DNA from: Eledone cirrhosa
Lineage: Eukaryota
Reading direction: 5' to 3'
Assembly: GCA_964016885.1 (NCBI GenBank)
Contig: CAXHJY010000329.1
Location: 62,001 to 126,000 of the forward strand
Length of the DNA: 64,000 nt
The notes beneath the pieces are model-generated. The model was given only the letters and a program-made list of their open reading frames with translations. It was not told the DNA's origin and searched no databases. A program made the translations under genes and the position numbers. Shown here one piece after another: positions 1 to 13,259 of the stretch; positions within the stretch are counted from its first letter, which is position 1, and each line of letters opens with the position of its first letter.

Positions 1-3000
1 ATTGGCAGACTGGGTGGAGCGTCAGACAACAGAGTTATGGTTTATACGCCCTGTTATTAGACTATAATATTGGCAGAATGGGTGGAGCGTCAGACAACAG
101 AGTTATGGTTTATACGCCCTGTTATTAGACAATAATATTGGCAGAATGGGTGGAGCGTCAGACAACAGAGTTATGGTTTATACGCCCTGTTATTAGACTA
201 TAATATTGGCAGAATGGGTGGAGCGTCAGACAATAGAGTTATGGTTTATACGCCCTGTTATTAGACTATAATATTGGCAGAATGGGTGGGGCGTCAGACA
301 ATAGAGTTATAGTTTATACGCCCTGTTATTAGACTATAATATTGGCAGAATGGGTGGAGCGTCTGACAACAGAGTTATGGTTTATACGCCCTGTTATTAG
401 ACTATAATATTGGCAGAATGGGTGGAGCGTCAGACAACAGACTTATGGTTTATACGCCCTGTTATTAGACTATAATATTGGCAGAATGGGTGGAGCAGCA
501 GACAACAGAGATATGGTTTATACGCCCTGTTATTAGACTATAATATTGGCAGAATCTGTGGAGCGTCAGACAATAGAGTTATGGTTTATACGCCCTGTTA
601 TTAGACTATAATATTGGCAGAATGGGTGGAGCGTCAGACACCAGAGTTATGGTTTATACGCCCTGTTATTAGACTATAATATTGGCAGAATGGGTGGAGC
701 ATCAGACACCAGAGTTATGGTTTATACGCCCTGTTATTAGACTATAATATGGGCAGAATGGGTGGAGCATCAGACACCAGAGTTATGGTTTATACGCCCT
801 GTTATTAGACTATAATATTGGCAGAATGGGTGGAGCGTCAGACAACAGAGTTATGGTTTATACGCCCTGTTATTAGACTATAATATTGGCAGAATGGGTG
901 GAGCGTCAGACAACAGAGTTATGGTTTATACGCCCTGTTATTAGACTATCATATTGGCAGAATGGGTGGAGCGTCAGACAACAGAGTTATGGTTTATACG
1001 CCCTGTTATTAGACTATAATATTGACAGAATGGGTGGAGCATCAGACACCAGAGTTATGGTTTATACGCCCTGTTATTAGACTATAATATTGGCAGAATG
1101 GGTGGAGCGTCAGACACCAGAGTTATGGTTTATACGCCCTGTTATTAGACTATAATATTGGCAGAATGGGTGGAGCATCAGACACCAGAGTTATGGTTTA
1201 TACGCCCTGTTATTAGACTATAATATTGGCAGAATGGGTGGAGCATCAGACACCAGAGTTATGGTTTATACGCCCTGTTATTAGACTATAATATTGGCAG
1301 AATGGATGGAGTGTCAGACAACAGAGTTATGGTTTATACGCCCTGTTATTAGACTATAATATTGGCAGAATGGGTGGAGCGTCAGACAACAGAGTTATGG
1401 TTTATACGCCCTGTTATTAGACTATCATATTGGCAGAATGGGTGGAGCGTCAGACAACAGAGTTATGGTTTATACGCCCTGTTATTAGACTATAATATTG
1501 GCAGAATGGGTGGAGCGTCTGACACCAGAGTTATGGTTTATACGCCCTGTTATTAGACTATAATATTGGCAGAATGGTTGGAGCGTCAGACAACAGAGTT
1601 ATGGTTTATACGCCCTGTTATTAGACTATAATATTGGCAGAATGGGTGGAGCGTCAGACAACAGAGTTATGGTTTATACGCCCTGTTATTAGACTATAAT
1701 ATTGGCAGAATGGGTGGAGCGTCAGACAACAGACTTATGGTTTATACGCCCTGTTATTAGACTATAATATTGGCAGAATGGGTGGAGCAGCAGACAACAG
1801 AGATATGGTTTATACGCCCTGTTATTAGACTATAATATTGGCAGAATCTGTGGAGCGTCAGACACCAGAGTTATGGTTTATACGCCCTGTTATTAGACTA
1901 TAATATTGGCAGAATGGGTGGAGCGTCAGACACCAGAGTTTTGGTTTATACGCCCTGTTATTAGACTATAATATTGGCAGAATGGGTGGAGCATCAGACA
2001 CCAGAGTTATGGTTTATACGCCCTGTTATTAGACTATAATATTGGCAGAATGGGTGGAGCATCAGACACCAGAGTTATGGTTTATACGCCCTGTTATTAG
2101 ACTATAATATTGGCAGAATGGGTGGAGCGTCAGACAACAGAGTTATGGTTTATACGCCCTGTTATTAGACTATAATATTGGCAGAATGGGTGGAGCGTCA
2201 GACAACAAAGTTATGGTTTATACGCCCTGTTATTAGACTATCATATTGGCAGAATGGGTGAAGCGTCAGACAACAGAGTTATGGTTTATACGCCCTGTTA
2301 TTAGACTATAATATTGACAGAATGGGTGGAGCATCAGACACCAGAGTTATGGTTTATACGCCCTGTTATTAGACTATAATATTGGCAGAATGGGTGGAGC
2401 GTCAGACACCAGAGTTATGGTTTATACGCCCTGTTATTAGACTATAATATTGGCAGAATGGGTGGAGCATCAGACACCAGAGTTATGGTTTATACGCCCT
2501 GTTATTAGACTATAATATTGGCAGAATGGGTGGAGCATCAGACACCAGAGTTATGGTTTATACGCCCTGTTATTAGACTATCATATTGGCAGAATGGGTG
2601 GAGCGTCAGACAACAGAGTTATGGTTTATACGCCCTGTTATTAGACTATAATATTGGCAGAATGGGTGGAGCGTCAGACACCAGAGTTATGGTTTATACG
2701 CCCTGTTATTAGACTATAATATTGGCAGAATGGGTGGAGGGTCAGACAACAGAGTTATGTTTTATACGCCCTGTTATTAGACTATAATATTGGCAGAATG
2801 GGTGGAGCGTTAGACAACATAGTTATGGTTTATACGCCCTGTTATTAGACTATAATATTGGCAGAATGGGTGGAGCGTCAGACAACAGAGTTATGGTTTA
2901 TACGCTCTGTTATCAGACTATAATATTGGCAGAATGGGTGGAGCGTCAGACACCAGAGTTATGGTTTATACGCCCTGTAATTAGACTATAATATTGGCAG

Positions 3001-6000
3001 AATGGGGGGAGCGTCAGACAACAGAGTTATGGTTTATACGCCCTGTTATTAGACTATAATATTGGCAGAATGGGTGGAGCGTCAGACAACAGAGTTATGG
3101 TTTATACGCCCTGTTATTAGACTATAATATTGGCAGAATGGGTGGAGCGTCAGACAACAGAGTTATGGTTTATACGCCCTGTTATTAGACTATAATATTG
3201 GCAGAATGGGTGGAGCGTCAGACAACAGACTTATGGTTTATACGCCCTGTTATTAGACTATAATATTGGCAGAATGGGTGGAGCAGCAGACAACAGAGAT
3301 ATGGTTTATACGCCCTGTTATTAGACTATAATATTGGCAGAATCTGTGGAGCGTCAGACACCAGAGTTATGGTTTATACGCCCTGTTATTAGACTATAAT
3401 ATTGGCAGAATGGGTGGAGCGTCAGACACCAGAGTTTTGGTTTATACGCCCTGTTATTAGACTATAATATTGGCAGAATGGGTGGAGCATCAGACACCAG
3501 AGTTATGGTTTATACGCCCTGTTATTAGACTATAATATTGGCAGAATGGGTGGAGCATCAGACACCAGAGTTATGGTTTATACGCCCTGTTATTAGACTA
3601 TAATATTGGCAGAATGGGTGGAGCGTCAGACAACAGAGTTATGGTTTATACGCCCTGTTATTAGACTATAATATTGGCAGAATGGGTGGAGCGTCAGACA
3701 CCAGAGTTATGGTTTATACGCCCTGTTATTAGACTATAATATTGGCAGAATGGGTGGAGGGTCAGACAACAGAGTTATGTTTTATACGCCCTGTTATTAG
3801 ACTATAATATTGGCAGAATGGGTGGAGCGTTAGACAACAGAGTTATGGTTTATACGCCCTGTTATTAGACTATAATATTGGCAGAATGGGTGGAGCGTCA
3901 GACAACAGAGTTATGGTTTATACGCTCTGTTATCAGACTATAATATTGGCAGAATGGGTGGAGCGTCAGACACCAGAGTTATGGTTTATACGCCCTGTAA
4001 TTAGACTATAATATTGGCAGAATGGGGGGAGCGTCAGACAACAGAGTTATGGTTTATACGCCCTGTTATTAGACTATAATATTGGCAGAATGGGTGGAGC
4101 GTCAGACAACAGAGTTATGGTTTATACGCCCTGTTATTAGACTATAATATTGGCAGAATGGGTGGAGCGTCAGACACCAGAGTTATGGTTTATACGCCCT
4201 GTTATTAGACTATAATATTGGCAGAATGGGTGGAGCGTCAGACAACAGAGTTATGGTTTATACGCCCTGTTATTAGACTATAATATTGGCAGAATGGGTT
4301 GAGCGTCAGACAACAGAGTTATGGTTTATACGCCCTGTTATTAGACTATAATATTGGCAGCATGGGTGGAGCGTCAGACAACAGAGTTATGGTTTATACG
4401 CCCTGTTATTAGACTATAATATTAGCAGACTGGGTGGAGCGTCAGACAACAGAGTTATGGTTTATACGCCCTGTTATTAGACTATAATATTGGCAGAATG
4501 GGTGGACCGTCAGACAACAGAGTTATGGTTTATACGCCCTGTTATTAGACAATAATATTGGCAGAATGGGTGGAGCGTCAGACAACAGAGTTATGGTTTA
4601 TACGCCCTGTTATTAGACTATAATATTGGCAGAATGGGTGGAGCGTCAGACAATAGAGTTATGGTTTATACGCCCTGTTATTAGACTATAATATTGGCAG
4701 AATGGGTGGGGCGTCAGACAACAGAGTTATAGTTTATACGCCCTGTTATTAGACTATAATATTGGCAGAATGGGTGGAGCGTCTGACAACAGAGTTATGG
4801 TTTATACGCCCTGTTATTAGACTATAATATTGGCAGAATGGGTGGAGCGTCAGACAACAGACTTATGGTTTATACGCCCTGTTATTAGACTATAATATTG
4901 GCAGAATGGGTGGAGCAGCAGACAACAGAGATATGGTTTATACGCCCTGTTATTAGACTATAATATTGGCAGAATCTGTGGAGCGTCAGACAATAGAGTT
5001 ATGGTTTATACGCCCTGTTATTAGACTATAATATTGGCAGAATGGGTTGAGCCTCAGACAACAGAGTTATGGTTTATACGCCTTGTTATTAGACTATAAT
5101 ATTGGCAGAATGGGTGGAGCATCAGACACCAGAGTTATGGTTTATACGCCCTGTTATTAGACTATAATATGGGCAGAATGGGTGGAGCATCAGACACCAG
5201 AGTTATGGTTTATACGCCCTGTTATTAGACTATGATATTGGCAGAATGGGTGGAGCGTCAGACAACAGAGTTATGGTTTATACGCCCTGTTATTAGACTA
5301 TAATATTGGCAGAATGGGTGGAGCGTCAGACAACAGAGTTATGGTTTATACGCCCTGTTATTAGACTATCATATTGGGAGAATGGGTGGAGCGTCAGACA
5401 ACAGAGTTATGGTTTATACGCCCTGTTATTAGACTATAATATTGACAGAATGGGTGGAGCATCAGACACCAGAGTTATGGTTTATACGCCCTGTTATTAG
5501 ACTATAATATTGGCAGAATGGGTGGAGCGTCAGACAACAGAGTTATGGTTTATACGCCCTGTTATTAGACTATAATATTGGCAGAATGGGTGGAGCGTCA
5601 GACAACAAAGTTATGGTTTATACGCCCTGTTATTAGACCATCATATTGGCAGAATGGGTGGAGCGTCAGACAACAGAGTTATGGTTTATACGCCCTGTTA
5701 TTAGACTATAATATTGACAGAATGGGTGGAGCATCAGACACCAGAGTTATGGTTTATACGCCCTGTTATTAGACTATAATATTGGCAGAATGGGTGGAGC
5801 GTCAGACACCAGAGTTATGGTTTATACGCCCTGTTATTAGACTATAATATTGGCAGAATGGGTGGAGCATCAGACACCAGAGTTATGGTTTATACGCCCT
5901 GTTATTAGACTATAATATTGGCAGAATGGGTGGAGCATCAGACACCAGAGTTATGGTTTATACGCCCTGTTATTAGACTATCATATTGGCAGAATGGGTG

Positions 6001-9000
6001 GAGCGTCAGACAACAGAGTTATGGTTTATACGCCCTGTTATTAGACTATAATATTGGCAGAATGGGTGGAGCGTCAGACACCAGAGTTATGGTTTATACG
6101 CCCTGTTATTAGACTATAATATTGGCAGAATGGGTGGAGCGTCAGACAACAGAGTTATGTTTTATACGCCCTGTTATTAGACTATAATATTGGCAGAATG
6201 GGTGGAGCGTCAGACAACAGAGTTATGGTTTATACGCCCTGTTATTAGACTATAATATTGGCAGAATGGGTGGAGCGTCAGACAACAGAGTTATGGTTTA
6301 TACGCTCTGTTATCAGACTATAATATTGGCAGAATGGGTGGAGCGTCAGACACCAGAGTTATGGTTTATACGCCCTGTAATTAGACTATAATATTGGCAG
6401 AATGGGGGGAGCGTCAGACAACAGAGTTATGGTTTATACGCCCTGTTATTAGACTATAATATTGGCAGAATGGGTGGAGCGTCAGACAACAGAGTTATGG
6501 TTTATACGCCCTGTTATTAGACTATAATATTGGCAGAATGGGTGGAGCGTCAGACACCAGAGTTATGGTTTATACGCCCTGTTATTAGACTATAATATTG
6601 GCAGAATGGGTTGAGCGTCAGACAACAGAGTTATGGTTTATACGCCCTGTTATTAGACTATAATATTGGCAGCATGGGTGGAGCGTCAGACAACAGAGTT
6701 ATGGTTTATACGCCCTGTTATTAGACTATAATATTGGCAGACTGGGTGGAGCGTCAGACAACAGAGTTATGGTTTATACGCCCTGTTATTAGACTATAAT
6801 ATTGGCAGAATGGGTGGAGCGTCAGACAATAGAGTTATGGTTTATACGCCCTGTTATTAGACTATAATATTGGCAGAATGGGTGGGGCGTCAGACAACAG
6901 AGTTATAGTTTATACGCCCTGTTATTAGACTATAATATTGGCAGAATGGGTGGAGCGTCTGACAACAGAGTTATGGTTTATACGCCCTGTTATTAGACTA
7001 TAATATTGGCAGAATGGGTGGAGCGTCAGACAACAGACTTATGGTTTATACGCCCTGTTATTAGACTATAATATTGGCAGAATGGGTGGAGCAGCAGACA
7101 ACAGAGATATGGTTTATTCGCCCTGTTATTAGACTATAATATTGGCAGAATCTGTGGAGCGTCAGACAATAGAGTTATGGTTTATACGCCCTGTTATTAG
7201 ACTATAATATTGGCAGAATGGGTTGAGCGTCAGACAACAGAGTTATGGTTTATACGCCCTGTTATTAGACTATAATATTGGCAGCATGGGTGAAGCGTCA
7301 GACAACAGAGTTATGGTTTATACGCCCTGTTATTAGACTATAATATTGGCAGACTGGGTGGAGCGTCAGACAACAGAGTTATGGTTTATACGCCCTGTTA
7401 TTAGACTATAATATTGGCAGAATGGGTGGAGCGTCAGACAACAGAGTTATGGTTTATACGCCCTGTTATTAGACAATAATATTGGCAGAATGGGTGGAGC
7501 GTCAGACAACAGAGTTATGGTTTATACGCCCTGTTATTAGACTATAATATTGGCAGAATGGGTGGAGCGTCAGACAATAGAGTTATGGTTTATACGCCCT
7601 GTTATTAGACTATAATATTGGCAGAATGGGTGGGGCGTCAGACAACAGAGTTATAGTTTATACGCCCTGTTATTAGACTATAATATTGGCAGAATGGGTG
7701 GAGCGTCTGACAACAGAGTTATGGTTTATACGCCCTGTTATTAGACTATAATATTGGCAGAATGGGTGGAGCGTCAGACAACAGACTTATGGTTTATACG
7801 CCCTGTTATTAGACTATAATATTGGCAGAATGGGTGGAGCAGCAGACAACAGAGATATGGTTTATACGCCCTGTTATTAGACTATAATATTGGCAGAATC
7901 TGTGGAGCGTCAGACAATAGAGTTATGGTTTATACGCCCTGTTATTAGACTATAATATTGGCAGAATGGGTGGAGCGTCAGACACCAGAGTTATGGTTTA
8001 TACGCCCTGTTATTAGACTATAATATTGGCAGAATGGGTGGAGCATCAGACACCAGAGTTATGGTTTATACGCCCTGTTATTAGACTATAATATGGGCAG
8101 AATGGGTGGAGCATCAGACACCAGAGTTATGGTTTATACGCCCTGTTATTAGACTATAATATTGGCAGAATGGGTGGAGCGTCAGACAACAGAGTTATGG
8201 TTTATACGCCCTGTTATTAGACTATAATATTGGCAGAATGGGTGGAGCGTCAGACAACAGAGTTATGGTTTATACGCCCTGTTATTAGACTATCATATTG
8301 GCAGAATGGGTGGAGCGTCAGACAACAGAGTTATGGTTTATACGCCCTGTTATTAGACTATAATATTGACAGAATGGGTGGAGCATCAGACACCAGAGTT
8401 ATGGTTTATACGCCCTGTTATTAGACTATAATATTGGCAGAATGGGTGGAGCGTCAGACACCAGAGATATGGTTTATACGCCCTGTTATTAGACTATAAT
8501 ATTGGCAGAATGGGTGGAGCATCAGACACCAGAGTTATGGTTTATACGCCCTGTTATTAGACTATAATATTGGCAGAATGCGTGGAGCGTCAGACAACAG
8601 AGTTATGGTTTATACGCCCTGTTATTAGACTATAATATTGGCAGAATGGGTGGAGCGTCAGACAACAGAGTTATGGTTTATACGCCCTGTTATTAGACTA
8701 TAATATTGGCAGAATGGGTGGAGCGTCAGACAACAGAGTTATGGTTTATACGCCCTGTTATTAGACTATAATATTGGCAGAATGGGTGGAGCGTCTGACA
8801 ACAGAGTTATGGTTTATACGCCCTGTTATTAGACTATAATATTGGCAGAATGGGTGGAGCGTCAGACAACAGACTTATGGTTTATACGCCCTGTTATTAG
8901 ACTATAATATTGGCAGAATGGGTGGAGCAGCAGACAACAGAGATATGGTTTATACGCCCTGTTATTAGACTATAATATTGGCAGAATCTGTGGAGCGTCA

Positions 9001-12000
9001 GACACCAGAGTTATGGTTTATACGCCCTGTTATTAGACTATAATATTGGCAGAATGGGTGGAGCGTCAGACACCAGAGTTTTGGTTTATACGCCCTGTTA
9101 TTAGACTATAATATTGGCAGAATGGGTGGAGCATCAGACACCAGAGTTATGGTTTATACGCCCTGTTATTAGACTATAATATTGGCAGAATGGGTGGAGC
9201 GTCAGACAACAGAGTTATGGTTTATACGCCCTGTTATTAGACTATAATATTGGCAGAATGGGTGGAGCGTCAGACAACAAAGTTATGGTTTATACGCCCT
9301 GTTATTAGACTATCATAATGGCAGAATGGGTGGAGCGTCAGACAACAGAGTTATGGTTTATACGCCCTGTTATTAGACTATAATATTGACAGAATGGGTG
9401 GAGCGTCAGACACCAGAGTTATGGTTTATACGCCCTGTTATTAGACTATAATATTGGCAGAATGGGTGGAGCATCAGACACCAGAGTTATGGTTTATACG
9501 CCCTGTTATTAGACTATAATATTGGCAGAATGGGTGGAGCATCAGACACCAGAGTTATGGTTTATACGCCCTGTTATTAGACTATAATATTGGCAGAATG
9601 GGTGGAGCGTCAGACACCAGAGTTATGGTTTATACGCCCTGTTATTAGACTATAATATTGGCAGAATGGGTGGAGCGTCAGACAACAGAGTTATGTTTTA
9701 TACGCCCTGTTATTAGACTATAATATTGGCAGAATGGGTGGAGCGTCAGACAACAGAGTTATGGTTTATACGCCCTGTTATTAGACTATAATATTGGCAG
9801 AATGGGTGGAGCGTCAGACAACAGAGTTATGGTTTATACGCTCTGTTATCAGACTATAATATTGGCAGAATGGGTGGAGCGTCAGACACCAGAGTTATGG
9901 TTTATACGCCCTGTAATTAGACTATAATATTGGCAGAATGGGGGGAGCGTCAGACAACAGAGTTATGGTTTATACGCCCTGTTATTAGACAATAATATTG
10001 GCAGAATGGGTGGAGCGTCAGACAACAGAGTTATGGTTTATACGCCCTGTTATTAGACTATAGTATTGGCAGAATGGGTGGAGCGTCAGACAACAGAGTT
10101 ATGGTTTATACGCCCTGTTATTAGACTATAATATTGGCAGAATGGGTGGAGCGTCAGACACCAGAGTTATGGTTTATACGCACTGTTATTAGACTATAAT
10201 ATTGGCAGAATGGGTGGAGCATCAGACACCAGAGATATGGTTTATACGCCCTGTTGTTAGACTATAATATTGGAAGAATGGGTGGAGCGTCAGACACCAG
10301 AGTTATGGTTTATACGCCCTGTTATTAGACTATAATATTGGCAGAATGGGTGGAGCGTCAGACAACAGAGTTATGGTTTATACGCCCTGTTATTAGACTA
10401 TAATATTGGCAGAATGGGTGGAGCGTCAGACAACAGAGTTATGGTTTATACGCCCTGTTATTAGACTATAATATTGGCAGCATGGGTGGAGCGTCAGACA
10501 ACAGAGTTATGGTTTATACGCCCTGTTATTAGACTATAATATTGGCAGAATGGGTGGAGCGTCAGACAACAGAGTTATGGTTTATACGCCCTGTTATTAG
10601 ACTATAATATTGGCAGAATGGGTGGAGCGTCAGACAACAGAGTTATGGTTTATACGCCCTGTTATTAGACAATAATATTGGCAGAATGGGTGGAGCGTCA
10701 GACAACAGAGTTATGGTTTATACGCCCTGTTATTAGACTATAATATTGGCAGAATGGGTGGAGCGTCAGACAATAGAGTTATGGTTTATACGCCCTGTTA
10801 TTAGACTATAATATTGGCAGAATGGGTGGAGCGTCAGACACCAGAGTTATGGTTTATACGCCCTGTTATTAGACTATAATATTGGCAGAATGGGTGGAGC
10901 GTCAGACAACAGACTTATGGTTTATACGCCCTGTTATTAGACTATAATATTGGCAGAATGGGTGGAGCAGCAGACAACAGAGATATGGTTTATACGCCCT
11001 GTTATTAGACTATAATATTGGCAGAATGGGTGGAGCGTCAGACACCAGAGTTATGGTTTATACGCCCTGTTATTAGACTATAATATTGGCAGAATGGGTG
11101 GAGCGTCAGACACCAGAGTTATGATTTATACGCCCTGTTATTAGACTATAATATTGGCAGACTGGGTGGAGCGTCAGACACCAGAGTTATGGTTTATACG
11201 CCCTGTTATTAGACTATAATATTGGCAGAATGGGTGGAGCGTCAGACAACAGGTTTATGATTTATACGCCCTGTTATTAGACTATAATATTGGCAGAATG
11301 GGTGGAGCGTCAGACAACAGAATTATGGTTTATACGCAGTTATTAGACTATAATATTGGCAGAATGGGTGGAGCATCAGACACCAGAGTTATGGTTTATA
11401 CGCCCTGTTATTAGACTATAATATTGGCAGAATGGGTGGAGCGTCAGACACCAGAGTTATGGTTTATGCGCCCTGTTATTAGACTATAATATTGGCAGAA
11501 TGGGTGGAGCATCAGACACCAGAGTTATGGTTTATACGCCCTGTTATTAGACTATAATATTGGCAGAATGGGTGGAGCGTCAGACACCAGAGTTATGGTT
11601 TATACGCCCTGTTATTAGACTATAATATTGGCAGAATGGGTGGAGCATCAGACACCAGAGTTATGGTTTATACGCCCTGTTATTAGACTATAATATTGGC
11701 AGAATGGGTGGAGCATCAGACACCAGAGTTATGGTTATTACGCCCTGTTATTAGACTATAATATTGGCAGAATGGGTGGAGCGTCAGACAACAGAGTTAT
11801 GGTTTATACGCCCTGTTATTAGACTATAATATTGGCAGAATGGGTGGAGCGTCAGACAACAGAGTTATGGTTTATACGCCCTGTTATTAGACTATCATAT
11901 TGGCAGAATGGGTGGAGCGTCAGACAACAGAGTTATGGTTTATACGCCCTGTTATTAGACTATAATATTGACAGAATGGGTGGAGCATCAGACACCAGAG

Positions 12001-13259
12001 TTATGGTTTATACGCCCTGTTATTAGACTATAATATTGGCAGAATGGGTGGAGCGTCAGACACCAGAGTTATGGTTTATACGCCCTGTTATTAGACTATA
12101 ATATTGGCAGAATGGGTGGAGCATCAGACACCAGAGTTATGGTTTATACGCCCTGTTATTAGACTATAATATTGGCAGAATGGGTGGAGCATCAGACACC
12201 AGAGTTATGGTTTATACGCCCTGTTATTAGACTATCATATTGGCAGAATGGGTGGAGCGTCAGACAACAGAGTTATGGTTTATACGCCCTGTTATTAGAC
12301 TATAATATTGGCAGAATGGGTGGAGCGTCAGACACCAGAGTTATGGTTTATACGCCCTGTTATTAGACTATAATATTGGCAGAATGGGTGGAGCGTCAGA
12401 CAACAGAGTTATGTTTTATACGCCCTGTTATTAGACTATAATATTGGCAGAATGGGTGGAGCGTCAGACAACAGAGTTATGGTTTATACGCCCTGTTATT
12501 AGACTATAATATTGGCAGAATGGGTGGAGCGTCAGACAACAGAGTTATGGTTTATACGCTCTGTTATCAGACTATAATATTGGCAGAATGGGTGGAGCGT
12601 CAGACACCAGAGTTATGGTTTATACGCCCTGTAATTAGACTATAATATTGGCAGAATGGGGGGAGCGTCAGACAACAGAGTTATGGTTTATACGCCCTGT
12701 TATTAGACAATAATATTGGCAGAATGGGTGGAGCGTCAGACAAATGAGTTATGGTTTATACGCCCTGTTATTAGACTATAGTATTGGCAGAATGGGTGGA
12801 GCGTCAGACAACAGAGTTATGGTTTATACGCCCTGTTATTAGACTATAATATTGGCAGAATGGGTGGAGCGTCAGACACCAGAGTTATGGTTTATACGCA
12901 CTGTTATTAGACTATAATATTGGCAGAATGGGTGGAGCATCAGACACCAGAGATATGGTTTATACGCCCTGTTGTTAGACTATAATATTGGAAGAATGGG
13001 TGGAGCGTCAGACACCAGAGTTATGGTTTATACGCCCTGTTATTAGACTATAATATTGGCAGAATGGGTGGAGCGTCAGACAACAGAGTTATGGTTTATA
13101 CGCCCTGTTATTAGACTATAATATTGGCAGAATGGGTGGAGCGTCAGACAACAGAGTTATGGTTTATACGCCCTGTTATTAGACTATAATATTGGCAGCA
13201 TGGGTGGAGCGTCAGACAACAGAGTTATGGTTTATACGCCCTGTTATTAGACTATAATA

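Noticed and set aside
1-68. Human/primate 68-bp beta satellite
   Set aside because: Only the length matches. The consensus has no Sau3A GATC site and I recognise no similarity, though an alignment was not run.
1-204. Nucleosome or helical phasing (136 bp is about 13 turns, 204-bp trimer)
   Set aside because: This is a numerical coincidence only. There are no phased A-tracts and no consistent dimer or trimer variant period.
1021-1088. Bacterial sigma70 promoter (TTGACA variant plus TATAAT)
   Set aside because: The spacing is 55 bp rather than about 17 bp, and TTGACA is only a minor variant of TTGGCA.
3001-3012. G-quadruplex or telomeric repeat (GGGTGG, GGGGGG variant)
   Set aside because: There is only one G3+ tract per 68 bp and no short telomere-type periodicity.
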